Shown here: positions 18,017-26,912 of the stretch, one piece after another
Numbering within the stretch: position 1 is the first letter of the stretch
How the letters are laid out: every line of letters begins with the position of its first letter
NCBI GenBank assembly: GCA_022562515.1
Contig: JADFPB010000001.1
Span: 1 to 38,748, forward strand
Reading direction: 5' to 3'
DNA length: 38,748 bases
From: Chloroflexota bacterium
Lineage (GTDB): Bacteria > Chloroflexota > Dehalococcoidia > Lucifugimonadales > Lucifugimonadaceae
Position numbers and translations under genes: made by a program
Notes under the pieces: generated by a model
Told to the model about the DNA's origin: nothing
Seen by the model: only the letters and a program-made list of their open reading frames with translations
Databases searched by the model: none

Positions 18017-18859
18017 CTAACGCATGAACGCCCCGCCATCCACGTTGATTGCCTGCCCGGTGATGTTCCGAGCGTCCTCCGATACAAGAAACGCCACGCA
18101 GTCGCCGATGTCCTCAGGGGTCTGCTCCCGGCCCAGCGGAATGATCTCCTTGACCATCTTGTCGAACACCTCTCGGGCCGGCATCTCAGCGTATTCAGGG
18201 TTGTGCTGCGCATAGCGCTGCCCTACCTGCCCCCACATCGGTGTCCAGAGCAGCCCCGGGCAGACGGCGTTCACATTGATGTCATATTGCGCCATGTCGG
18301 CCGCCAGCGACTGCGTGTAATTGATGACCGCGGCCTTCGATGCGGAATAGTGCGGCAACGCAGGGCGTCCTTCGCGACCGGCGATAGACGCCAGATTGAC
18401 TATCTTGCCGCTCCGCTGCTCCTTCATGATGGGCGCGAGTGCCTCGATGCAGTTGAAGATCCCTTTGACGTTCACCTCGTAGCAGGCGATCCAGTCTTCT
18501 TCCCGTGAGCGGGCATGCTCGTACCAGCCCGGCCCTCCCGCAACACCGGCGTTGTTGATGAGAATGTCCAGACGGCCGAGTTTCTCGACTGTCGTAGCGC
18601 CGAGTTTCTCAACCATCCACGGCTTGGTGACGTCACAGACCACGGCTATGGAATGCACGCCAAGCGCCTCTATCTCGGCCGCCGTCTTCGTCGCGATGTC
18701 CTTGTTCAGGTCGGCCACGACTATGTCAGCGCCTTCAGCGGCGAGCGCGAGCGCGATGGCCTTGCCTATGCCCGTGGCGCCGCCGGTGACTATCGCTACC
18801 TGATTGTCTAAGGTCACGCTGTTATCCTTTTGAAACCGCCACGAGTCGTCCTGGCACAT
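18017..18859 (-). CDS. SDR family NAD(P)-dependent oxidoreductase (paralogue of the downstream gene)
   Basis: TGGATGIGKA, NNAG, YSASK. Long collinear similarity to 17163-18008 (e.g. NVNAVCPGLLWTPMW vs NVNTICPGLLWTNMW; PLGREQTPEDIG in both). Alternative GTG start at 18817 with an AAGGA SD. Confidence 0.85.
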   Translation of the reverse strand: MCQDDSWRFQKDNSVTLDNQVAIVTGGATGIGKAIALALAAEGADIVVADLNKDIATKTAAEIEALGVHSIAVVCDVTKPWMVEKLGATTVEKLGRLDILINNAGVAGGPGWYEHARSREEDWIACYEVNVKGIFNCIEALAPIMKEQRSGKIVNLASIAGREGRPALPHYSASKAAVINYTQSLAADMAQYDINVNAVCPGLLWTPMWGQVGQRYAQHNPEYAEMPAREVFDKMVKEIIPLGREQTPEDIGDCVAFLVSEDARNITGQAINVDGGAFMR

Positions 18860-18980
18860 TCAGGGGCGAGCCCGGTTGGACACGCGGGGCAATCCCTGAA
18901 AGAGTTTGGGAAAGAGTTTGCAGATTATACTGCCGCGCCACCTAATCCCGAGACCCTGATCTCGAAATAACGAGGACCGG

Positions 18981-19343
18981 ATGGGCACCAGCCGGACGAA
19001 AGCGCTCGACTACGGCTATGAGTTGATCTCCCAACCTCGCTCCCACCTTCGGGTGACGCTGAGACAGACCAAAACGGGCGTGTCCTTGCTCCACGGCAAC
19101 CGTCTGCTGACCCGGGTCTATCTGAACAAGAGCGGGATGACCGCGGCAGGCGCCATGGCGGAAGCACTTGGCGTGAAGATACCTGCCGAGGGGAACTCTG
19201 TGGAGGCACGCGCGTCAACCGGCCTGCTATACAGGGTCCTGTCGCTTTCCACGCTCGATTACCGTAATCCGGTGTCTTACGAAGTGGCTCGTTACTGGCT
19301 GGATGAAGCAGCGGCTCTGCGCGGTTCAGGCTCAGACGCGTAG
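18981..19343 (+). CDS. hypothetical protein
   Basis: ATG start with GAGGA 4 nt upstream. 120 aa, marked G/C third-position bias; the antisense ORF is Arg/Pro/Ser-rich junk. No recognisable motif. Confidence 0.5.
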   Translation: MGTSRTKALDYGYELISQPRSHLRVTLRQTKTGVSLLHGNRLLTRVYLNKSGMTAAGAMAEALGVKIPAEGNSVEARASTGLLYRVLSLSTLDYRNPVSYEVARYWLDEAAALRGSGSDA

Positions 19344-19464
19344 CCACCTTTATTTCAGGGCGGAGGGGCGGCGATTGCCCTCACAAGATCGCGGCAATAC
19401 AATCCACACCGCACGGATATCCCAACTCCCGTCGATAGCGGCCATATAGCGGAGCGAGCCTGAA

Positions 19465-19848
19465 TTGGTTCTGGCAGATTACCGGCCCGGCCACGTATTT
19501 GATGACCACGCTTTTGAAATCACCGCGGCCGAGGCGAAGGCGTACGCGGACGCCGTTGGCGACTCATCGCCAGGCGCCTCGGACGGCAAGGTTCCGCCAA
19601 TGCTTCTCATCGCCGCCGGCCTGTCACGGGTCATTGAGGCCCTCAAGCTGGGCGGCGGCACTATCCACGCCTCACAGGAAGTGATTTTCGTCCGTCCGGT
19701 GAGGCCCGGAGAAAAGATAGTTGCCCGGACCACCCTGCGGGGAAATAGCGTTAGACGCGGCTCCCGCTTCGCCACCGTCGAAACGGAGTTCCTGGCCGGC
19801 GGCCGGCGGGTGGCGTCGTCCGTCAGTCTGGTGATAGTGCCAGAGTGA
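19465..19848 (+). CDS. MaoC/FAS1-like hot-dog dehydratase, N-terminal-type (non-catalytic) half
   Basis: 127 aa, TTG start. Hot-dog-fold sequence (ITAAEAKAYADAVGD..., EVIFVRPVRPGEKI). Its stop overlaps the next gene's start. Confidence 0.7.
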   Translation: MVLADYRPGHVFDDHAFEITAAEAKAYADAVGDSSPGASDGKVPPMLLIAAGLSRVIEALKLGGGTIHASQEVIFVRPVRPGEKIVARTTLRGNSVRRGSRFATVETEFLAGGRRVASSVSLVIVPE

Positions 19849-20297
19849 CCGGCGCGCCATCACCCGGGTCAATCCCCGAGTCAGTCCAGAGACCAACTAA
19901 AGAGGGCGACAGGCTGCCGGAGATACAGAAAGTCGTTACCCAGGAGCAGATTCACGCGTATGCTGACGCGGCGCGGGACTGGAACCCGATACATCTCGAC
20001 GAGCAGTTTGCGGCCGGTACGCAGTTCGGTAAGAGAATCGCTCACGGCATGCTAGGGCTGGGATTCATATCGGAGATGTTGAGTACGGCATTCCCGGACG
20101 GGTGGGCGGCGGGAAGCACACTGAAGGTGCGCTTCAAGTCCCCCATATTCCCCGGAGAGACCGTGAGAACAGTGGGTGAGATTACGAAGGTGACGGAGAG
20201 TGATGAGGGCAGAGTCGCCACCTGCTCTATCGCCTGCATCAGGCCTGACGGCTCGGAAGCGATCTCCGGCACGGCGACTGTTCCCCTGGGCGAATAA
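19845..20297 (+). CDS. MaoC family (R)-specific dehydratase, catalytic hot-dog half
   Basis: GTGA start/stop overlap. 150 aa. Hydratase-2-like motif DWNPIHLDEQFAAGTQFGKRIAHGML. Confidence 0.8.
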   Translation: MTGAPSPGSIPESVQRPTKEGDRLPEIQKVVTQEQIHAYADAARDWNPIHLDEQFAAGTQFGKRIAHGMLGLGFISEMLSTAFPDGWAAGSTLKVRFKSPIFPGETVRTVGEITKVTESDEGRVATCSIACIRPDGSEAISGTATVPLGE

Positions 20298-20341
20298 TGA
20301 AGACTTGGTAAAGGCGCGAGAGACGGACCGGAGATAGAACT

Positions 20342-21358
20342 TTGGACTCCGACAAGCTGATCACGATATCCCTTGACGCTATGGGCGGCGACCACGCGCC
20401 GGTTGAGACGGTTGCGGGCGCGGTCAGCGCCGTCCGCGAAGGCGGCCTTGCGGTCATCCTCGTGGGAGACGAAGAGATCATTCGCGCTGAACTGGATAAG
20501 CACGAAGGCGCGAATGAGCTGCCAATCACGATCTACGGCTCAACCGGGGTAGTCGAAGAGGGTGAACCGCCCGCCCTGGCGTTCCGCTCCAAGCCGCGCG
20601 CCTCTATCTTCGTCGCCACCAACAGGGTGAAGCGGGGACTTGCCCAGGGCGTGGTGAGCATGGGCTCGAGTGGTGGAACCATAGCGGCAGCCAGTTTCCT
20701 GTTCGGCACCTTTGACGGCATCGAGCGAGCATCGCTCGGCGGGCCGATCATCGGACTGTCCCCGAACACGATGATTTTCGACGTCGGTGTTAACGTGGAT
20801 TGCAAGCCCAGCCAGGTCGCCGACTTCGCCGCGCTCGGCGCGACGATGGCCAGGGTCTTGCGGAACATCGAGAATCCCAGAGTCGCGATACTCAGCGTGG
20901 GAGCGGAGGAGGGCAAGGGCAATCGCCTCGTAAAGGAAACGACCGAAATCCTGAAGCAGTCTTCGCTGAATTTCATCGGGAACGTGGAGGCGAGCGATCT
21001 GCCGTTCGACAGGGCCGATGTGGTCGTTGCCGACGGCTTCACTGGGAATGTGGTGATGAAACTGACAGAATCTCTTGGCGTAGCGCTCTCCGATCTGGTG
21101 CGGAAGCGCTCGCCAAACGGCGATGGGAACGCCCTGGCGGACGAGATCCTGGAGCTGACCAACCCGGTTCTCGCCTATGGCGGCGGTCCCTTGCTGGGCG
21201 TGAGAGGCGTTGCCATCGTCGGCCACGGAAGGGCGCGTGCAACAGAGATCGCAAGGGCGCTGCACACGGCGAGAGAAGCGGTTGACAAGGATTTCGTGGC
21301 AATCGCGGAGCGAGAGTTGGAAGCTTTGAGGGCCAGTCAGGGCAATAATAGTGAATGA
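20342..21358 (+). CDS. plsX: phosphate acyltransferase PlsX
   Basis: 338 aa, TTG start. N-terminal ITISLDAMGGDHAP and ...DGFTGNVVMK... signatures. Confidence 0.9.
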   Translation: MDSDKLITISLDAMGGDHAPVETVAGAVSAVREGGLAVILVGDEEIIRAELDKHEGANELPITIYGSTGVVEEGEPPALAFRSKPRASIFVATNRVKRGLAQGVVSMGSSGGTIAAASFLFGTFDGIERASLGGPIIGLSPNTMIFDVGVNVDCKPSQVADFAALGATMARVLRNIENPRVAILSVGAEEGKGNRLVKETTEILKQSSLNFIGNVEASDLPFDRADVVVADGFTGNVVMKLTESLGVALSDLVRKRSPNGDGNALADEILELTNPVLAYGGGPLLGVRGVAIVGHGRARATEIARALHTAREAVDKDFVAIAERELEALRASQGNNSE

Positions 21359-21372
21359 CGACCGGATGACCA

Positions 21373-21434
21373 TTCCGGACCACCAAATAGCCGTCCGGGA
21401 CCACCAAATAGCGGCCTCGGACCAGAGGACCACA
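21373..21434. repeat. three ~21-nt direct repeats filling the plsX-fabG spacer
   Basis: TTCCGGACCACCAAATAGCCG / TCCGGGACCACCAAATAGCGG / CCTCGGACCAGAGGACCACA. The core GGACCACCAAATAGC is exact at 21377-21391 and 21398-21412. Confidence 0.6.
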
Positions 21435-21438
21435 CACG

Positions 21439-22182
21439 TTGGCTGATCAGCCCAGAACAGCGCTCATTACCGGCGCGTCGCGCGGCATAGGCAAGGCCAT
21501 AGCGCTGCGTCTTGCAGCAGCCGGCCACCGCGTCGGGATCAACTACCGCAAGCATGAGGACGAAGCCGAGGAATTGCGGGATCAGATCGTATCGAACGGC
21601 GGTGCAGCATTCGTGGTCCAGGCAGACGTAGGCGTCAAAGAAGATGTGACCCGGATGGTAGAGCAGACAGAAGAAGCGCTCGGGCCAATCGAGATTCTCA
21701 TCAATAACGCCGGCATCATCGATGATGGCCTGTTTGTCCGTATGAGAGACGAGCAGTTCGAGAAAGTCTTTCAGACCAATACCTTCGGCACGTACTACTG
21801 CACCCGGGCGGTCGTAAACGGCATGTTAAAAGCCCACTGGGGGCGAATTATCAGCGTTTCATCCGTCGTTGGTATCAGGGGCAACCAGGGACAGACGAAT
21901 TACGCGGCTTCAAAGGCCGCGGTCCATCTCATGACCATGTCGCTGGCCAAAGAACTGGCCAAGCGTGAGATCACGGTCAATGCCGTGGCGCCGGGATACG
22001 TGGAAACGGCCACGGTGAACCTCCTGCCTGACTCCGTCAAGAAACAGGTCCTTGCTCGGATATTCGCGGGGCGGTTCGGCCAGCCGGATGAGGTGGCCGC
22101 GGCCGTGGCCTTTCTCGCCAGCGAAGATGCCCGTTACATCACCGGCGAGATACTGCGCGTAGACGGCGGACTGGGAATCTAA
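21439..22182 (+). CDS. fabG: 3-oxoacyl-[ACP] reductase FabG
   Basis: 247 aa, TTG start. TGASRGIGKA, NNAG, YAASKAA, and the C-terminal ITGEILRVDGGLGI. Confidence 0.85.
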   Translation: MADQPRTALITGASRGIGKAIALRLAAAGHRVGINYRKHEDEAEELRDQIVSNGGAAFVVQADVGVKEDVTRMVEQTEEALGPIEILINNAGIIDDGLFVRMRDEQFEKVFQTNTFGTYYCTRAVVNGMLKAHWGRIISVSSVVGIRGNQGQTNYAASKAAVHLMTMSLAKELAKREITVNAVAPGYVETATVNLLPDSVKKQVLARIFAGRFGQPDEVAAAVAFLASEDARYITGEILRVDGGLGI

Positions 22183-22211
22183 CGGCTCCCCAAAACAGGA
22201 CGCAATAGACC

Positions 22212-22997
22212 ATGCCGGATCACGACGACGCCCCCTTGCCGCTGCCACTAAAGGGAAAGATAGCCCTGGTCACGGGCGGATCGCGCGGCATCGGGCGGGC
22301 CATTTCACTGGAACTGGCCCGCCGCGGGGCCAGCGTTGCATTCAACTACTTCCGCAATCATGATGCCGCTCGCAAAGCGGAAGCGGAAATTGAGGCTCTG
22401 GGGGCGAAGACGCTGCGCGTGCGGGCACACCTGGGCGACGTGAATGCGATTGACTCACTGTTTGAGTCCATAAAGGAGGAGTTCGGTCGCCTGGACATCC
22501 TCGTAAACAACGCTGCCTCAGGCGTCATGCGGCCATCCACGGAGCTTGAGCCCAAGCACTGGGACTGGACGATGAACATTAATGCCAGGGCGCCGTGGCT
22601 GTGTGCGCGCGCCGCCGCGGATCTGATGCCGGCCGCCGGCGGCCGGATCGTCAATATCACGAGCCCCGGTTCCGTACGGGCGTTTTCCGACTACTTCGTT
22701 GTTGGTGTCTCCAAAGCAGCCCTGGAATCGCTGACCCGGTATCTTGCCATCGACCTGGCGCCGCGCAACATCGGAGTCAACGCCGTTTCGGCGAGCTTCG
22801 TCATGACCGAAGCGCTTGAGGCCTTCGAAAACACCTCGGCGGTCAGGAAACTGGCCGCCAGGCCTACCCCTGCCGGCAGGCCGGTGACGCCGGAAGATGT
22901 GGCACGCGCCGTCGCCTGGCTCTGCAGCGATGACGCCGAGATGGTGCGCGGGCATGTACTTCTGGTGGACGGCGGAGAGATGCTGTCTTACCGGTAG
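22212..22997 (+). CDS. fabL: enoyl-[ACP] reductase, FabL-type SDR
   Basis: 261 aa. Long stretches match Bacillus FabL as I recall it ([46 protein letters not shown]). Confidence 0.7.
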   Translation: MPDHDDAPLPLPLKGKIALVTGGSRGIGRAISLELARRGASVAFNYFRNHDAARKAEAEIEALGAKTLRVRAHLGDVNAIDSLFESIKEEFGRLDILVNNAASGVMRPSTELEPKHWDWTMNINARAPWLCARAAADLMPAAGGRIVNITSPGSVRAFSDYFVVGVSKAALESLTRYLAIDLAPRNIGVNAVSASFVMTEALEAFENTSAVRKLAARPTPAGRPVTPEDVARAVAWLCSDDAEMVRGHVLLVDGGEMLSYR

Positions 22998-23018
22998 GCA
23001 GCCGCTAGCCTGGCACTT

Positions 23019-24074
23019 TCAGGCCGGGTCCATCGGCAGATCACAGACCCTTACTTCGAGCCCGGCCTCCGTAACCACCTGCCGGCCTTCTCTGGCATGC
23101 TCATTACGGACGTACCCAAGGGCAATCAGGCCATCGAAGGCGGGGGATTCTGCTACCGTCGCCGTCCAGCCGATCTCCCTGCCATCCACGTAAAGCAGAT
23201 CACCCTCGAAGAGGCCGCCCGCGGCCTGAAGACCCACCAGTTTGCGTTGCACTTTATCGTAAGTATCGAGCCGGGCGATGACTTCCTGGCCGATGTAGCA
23301 GCCCTTATCGAAATCAATCAGTTTGAGCAGGTTCGCTTCGAGTGGGTTGACCTTCTCCGTGATCTCCCGCCCGGCGGTGGGAACGCCAATCTCGACCCTG
23401 TACGCTTCCGCGGCCGCTCTCCCGGCCGGAATCGCTCCCGAGCTGGCGGCCGCATTCCAAACGTCGGCCGCGGAATCTGCGTCCATTATCAGATCAAAAC
23501 TGGTGTTAGTTCCTTCGAACGCGGCGATCACGAGCACGCGGACTCCGGCTATCACGACGTCTGCATGCCTGCCTGCTGGCAAAGAGGCCACCGATGCCCC
23601 GGCAAGCTGGGAGATCACAGTAATTGACCTCGGGCCGGCCAGGGCTAATTGCGCCGTGCGGGCCGACACGTCTTCCAGCCTGGAATCCTCCGTGATCGTG
23701 TAGAAGTCGATCTTTTCAAGGAAAAGAGTCTTGAACACTCCGCTGGTCAGGAGGAGCAGCGGCTGTCCCGGGCGTCGGACCACGGTGAATACGTCCAGGA
23801 TTCGGCCGCGCTCTGACGCGAGTATCGTCCGGCGTGCTTCCCCCTCGGCAAGCGATTCGATATCGGCGGTAGAAAGCCTGTGCAGCAGATCGATGGCGTC
23901 CGCGCCGCTCTGCTCGAGCCGCCCGAGGTGTGAACGATCGACAAGAGCTGCACCAACTCTGAACGCCGCGTACTCGTCGGCGATTTCGCCAAAGCGAAGG
24001 GGAATGTTGACCCCGTCCACTTTTACCAGGGTCTCGGCACGTTTATGAATTTCGTCCAGCGAGCGATTTATCAC
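23019..24074 (-). CDS. ygfZ: YgfZ/CAF17-type folate-binding protein (aminomethyltransferase fold)
   Basis: 351 aa. GcvT-like N-terminal region and the diagnostic KGCYIGQE motif (DKGCYIGQEVIARL). Confidence 0.8.
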   Translation of the reverse strand: MINRSLDEIHKRAETLVKVDGVNIPLRFGEIADEYAAFRVGAALVDRSHLGRLEQSGADAIDLLHRLSTADIESLAEGEARRTILASERGRILDVFTVVRRPGQPLLLLTSGVFKTLFLEKIDFYTITEDSRLEDVSARTAQLALAGPRSITVISQLAGASVASLPAGRHADVVIAGVRVLVIAAFEGTNTSFDLIMDADSAADVWNAAASSGAIPAGRAAAEAYRVEIGVPTAGREITEKVNPLEANLLKLIDFDKGCYIGQEVIARLDTYDKVQRKLVGLQAAGGLFEGDLLYVDGREIGWTATVAESPAFDGLIALGYVRNEHAREGRQVVTEAGLEVRVCDLPMDPA

Positions 24075-24142
24075 AAGCCTAACCCGGCTAACCGCGTATT
24101 ACCGGCGGAAGCTGCCCCATCCAGCAGGCTATGCGTTTGTAA

Positions 24143-24502
24143 TCAGACGCCGAAGGAGTCGCCGCACCCGCATGAGCGCTTGGCGTTGGGGTTGTTGAAA
24201 CTGAACCCTTTTCCGTTCAGCCCATCACCGAAATCCAGTTCGGTGCCGGCCAGGAAGATGAAGGCTTTCTTGGGCACGTAGACTTCAACACCTCCATCTT
24301 CTATGACCTTGTCGCCCTCTTCGGGGCCATCGACAATTTCAAGCACATAGAGGAGCCCCGAGCAGCCACCGCCTTTTACGGCAACTTTCAGCCCAAACTT
24401 TTCCTTACCGTCCCGCGCAGCATACTCGCGAACCTTTTTGGCAGCCTTTTCCGTTATCCGAATCGTGTTGATCGGTACTGAAGACTTTTCTGCTGAAACC
24501 AA
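24143..24502 (-). CDS. A-type iron-sulfur cluster carrier (HesB/IscA/ErpA family)
   Basis: 119 aa, TTG start. GGGCSG and C-terminal SCGCGDSFGV cysteine ligands. Confidence 0.9.
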   Translation of the reverse strand: MVSAEKSSVPINTIRITEKAAKKVREYAARDGKEKFGLKVAVKGGGCSGLLYVLEIVDGPEEGDKVIEDGGVEVYVPKKAFIFLAGTELDFGDGLNGKGFSFNNPNAKRSCGCGDSFGV

Positions 24503-24815
24503 GAGTCACAACCTTCGTTCATGCCGGCTACGAAATAAAACACATTCCCATGCTACTAACATACCCGCGCCAAGAAGTGTAGCCGCCCAAAGTTAGCCGT
24601 CAATCAAGTCATTACCCAGTTTACCCCCTGAAAACAAGTCATTCACCCCCGCTCGGCTAAGATCCTCTTGTCGAATTGACCCTGCGCAGCCGATGGCAGT
24701 GGGAATGGCGGCCCGTTGCGCCTCGCTCTAAGATGGTTCATGCGGCGTCCACACGGTCGATTGCCGTATGCAAGCCTGAACAGATGCAGATCGAGGAGAT
24801 GGGAAACCCACGCTC

Positions 24816-25499
24816 TTGAGCAGTAGCAGTCCCCTCATCGTGGTCGTCAATCACAAGGCGGCCAATATCCACAGTGTTGACAAGGCGCTCCAGCGAGTTG
24901 GAGCCAACGCCATCGTCTCCTCATCGGCGGATGATCTGGCGTCGGCCAGCGCCGCGGTGCTTCCAGGCGTTGGCTCGAGCGACGCGGCCATGCGCGCCCT
25001 GCGGAAACTGGACCTGATAGAGCCCCTCAAGGATTTTGCCGCGTCGGGACGTCCGCTGCTCGGCGTGTGCCTCGGCATGCAGTTGCTGTTCGACTCTTCG
25101 GAGGAGGGGGACATGCCTGGTCTCGGTCTGATTCCGGGTGTAGTCAAACGTATGGCCCCCACCGCGGATGGTGCGTCCAGAAAGATCCCCCACATGGGCT
25201 GGAACTCCGTTCGCCTGTTGGGCAACAGGGCGGGCGACAGGGGCTTCGGGCATCGGCTGTTCGACGGGGCGCGGCAGAACTCGTATTTCTACTTTGTCCA
25301 CAGCTACGAGTGCGTTCCGGCGGATCCGGACGATGTTCTGGCGACTACCGAGTACGGAACGACCATTTGCGCCGCAGCCGGGCGGGGTAACGTGATGGGC
25401 ACGCAGTTCCATCCGGAAAAGAGCCAGGATCTGGGCCTGCGCCTCTACGAGAATTTCCTCCTGATGGCATCGGGCCGGGAAAAATCGGCTCGCTCATGA
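24816..25499 (+). CDS. hisH: imidazole glycerol phosphate synthase, glutaminase subunit HisH
   Basis: 227 aa, TTG start. Intact triad context GVCLGMQLL and GTQFHPEKS. Confidence 0.9.
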   Translation: MSSSSPLIVVVNHKAANIHSVDKALQRVGANAIVSSSADDLASASAAVLPGVGSSDAAMRALRKLDLIEPLKDFAASGRPLLGVCLGMQLLFDSSEEGDMPGLGLIPGVVKRMAPTADGASRKIPHMGWNSVRLLGNRAGDRGFGHRLFDGARQNSYFYFVHSYECVPADPDDVLATTEYGTTICAAAGRGNVMGTQFHPEKSQDLGLRLYENFLLMASGREKSARS

Positions 25500-25545
25500 C
25501 TCGCAGCAACGTCCTGTTGATCCTCTTTTTGCCCCTTTCTTTGCT

Positions 25546-26259
25546 ATGGAAGTGATACCTGCAATCGACCTGCGCAACGGCAGATGCGTGCAACTTACGC
25601 AGGGCGACTACAACCGCGAGAGTATCTTTTCCGATGACCCGATCGCCGTGGCGGAGAGATGGGTCGATTCCGGAGCGAGACGCATTCATGTAGTCGATCT
25701 CGACGGTGCGCGCGACGGTGTCAGGGCCAACGCGGACGTAGTTGAGCGCCTCGTGCGAGGCGCCGGCGTTCCGCTGCAGGTGGGCGGCGGCATCCGGACC
25801 GCAGGCGATGCCGCCGGATTGATCGATATCGGCGTCGACAGGGTGATATTCGGTACCGCAGCGGTAGAGGCTCCGGAAGAGGTTGAATCCGCGGTTGCCA
25901 CGCTCGGCGCAGAGCACGTCGTTGTCGGCCTCGACGCGCGTGACGGCGTCATTGCGACTCGTGGCTGGCTGGAAGACTCTGGCCTCAGCGCGCTCGATCT
26001 GGTCCGAGACATGGCGGCGCGAGGCGTTATCAGGTACCTTCACACGGACATTGGCAGGGATGGGACGCTCACCGGCCCCAATCTGGACGCCATCGAAGAT
26101 ATACTTAGTAACGTTCGAATATCACTCGTTGCGGCCGGTGGCTTCGCTCAACTCAGCCATCTCGCGCAAGTTGCGGAGATCGGCGTAGAGGCAGCCGTCA
26201 TCGGGACCGCTATATATACCGGCGCCATCGACTTTGAAGACGCCGTCCGCAAGTTCTAG
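25546..26259 (+). CDS. hisA: ProFAR isomerase HisA
   Basis: 237 aa. IPAIDLRNGRCVQL, VVDLDGA, and the (beta/alpha)8 two-fold repeat pattern. Confidence 0.9.
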   Translation: MEVIPAIDLRNGRCVQLTQGDYNRESIFSDDPIAVAERWVDSGARRIHVVDLDGARDGVRANADVVERLVRGAGVPLQVGGGIRTAGDAAGLIDIGVDRVIFGTAAVEAPEEVESAVATLGAEHVVVGLDARDGVIATRGWLEDSGLSALDLVRDMAARGVIRYLHTDIGRDGTLTGPNLDAIEDILSNVRISLVAAGGFAQLSHLAQVAEIGVEAAVIGTAIYTGAIDFEDAVRKF

Positions 26260-26271
26260 GAGAAGGCCTGG

Positions 26272-26895
26272 ATGTCACCGGCCGCGATCACGAAAAAAAC
26301 CGCCAGAGACGAATCCTCAAATAAGAGTTCCAAAAAATTCCCCGTGGCGCGGTTGGAAGAACTCACCAGATCGGAGCGGTCCAAGATCATCGACCCGCAG
26401 ACCATTTTCGGGCTGCTCCCGATGCGGGTATACCAGCACATCGCCGATATCGGCTGCGGTCCCGGGTACTTCTCAATACCCCTTGCCAAATATGCCTTTG
26501 ATGGCAAGATCTACGCCATCGACGTCCAGCAAGAGATGCTCGACGCGCTTGATGAGCGAAGGAAGGAAGTACGGCTAAGCAACCTGGAGCCGATCCTCTC
26601 CACAGAGTCGACGATTCCGGTCGATGACGACTCGCTGGACGGCGCGATTTTGGTCAACACCCTGCACGAAGCATCCCGACCGCCTGATCTGCTGAAAGAG
26701 ACCGCCCGAATGCTCCGCAAAGGCGGCTGGGCGGCAATCATCGACTGGCGCAAAGAGAAGATGGAAATTGGTCCGCCGGTGGCAGCGCGGCTCGCGCGCG
26801 ACAAGGCGGTCAAGGCTGCGGAGACTGCCGGATTCCGTATTCTGTCCGTGTACGATATGAATGAGTGGGAATACATAATCCTGCTTTCTGCCTGA
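26272..26895 (+). CDS. class I SAM-dependent methyltransferase
   Basis: 207 aa. Motif [17 protein letters not shown] and post-I acidic residue AIDV. Inserted between hisA and hisF. Confidence 0.8.
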   Translation: MSPAAITKKTARDESSNKSSKKFPVARLEELTRSERSKIIDPQTIFGLLPMRVYQHIADIGCGPGYFSIPLAKYAFDGKIYAIDVQQEMLDALDERRKEVRLSNLEPILSTESTIPVDDDSLDGAILVNTLHEASRPPDLLKETARMLRKGGWAAIIDWRKEKMEIGPPVAARLARDKAVKAAETAGFRILSVYDMNEWEYIILLSA

Positions 26896-26912
26896 CGCCC
26901 GCACACACAGTC

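Noticed and set aside
24503-24815. T-box riboswitch or His-codon leader-peptide attenuator ahead of hisH.
   Set aside because: There is no T-box consensus (GGUGGUACCGCG-like) and no specifier-loop context. No short ORF with consecutive CAC/CAT codons is present either.
26865-26912. Longer N-termini offered by the ORF track for hisF (26865), gyrA (37024) and rplU (31346).
   Set aside because: Internal ATGs at 26913, 36994 and 31334 reproduce the canonical family N-termini. They also avoid overlap with the upstream gene or with the gene's own SD.
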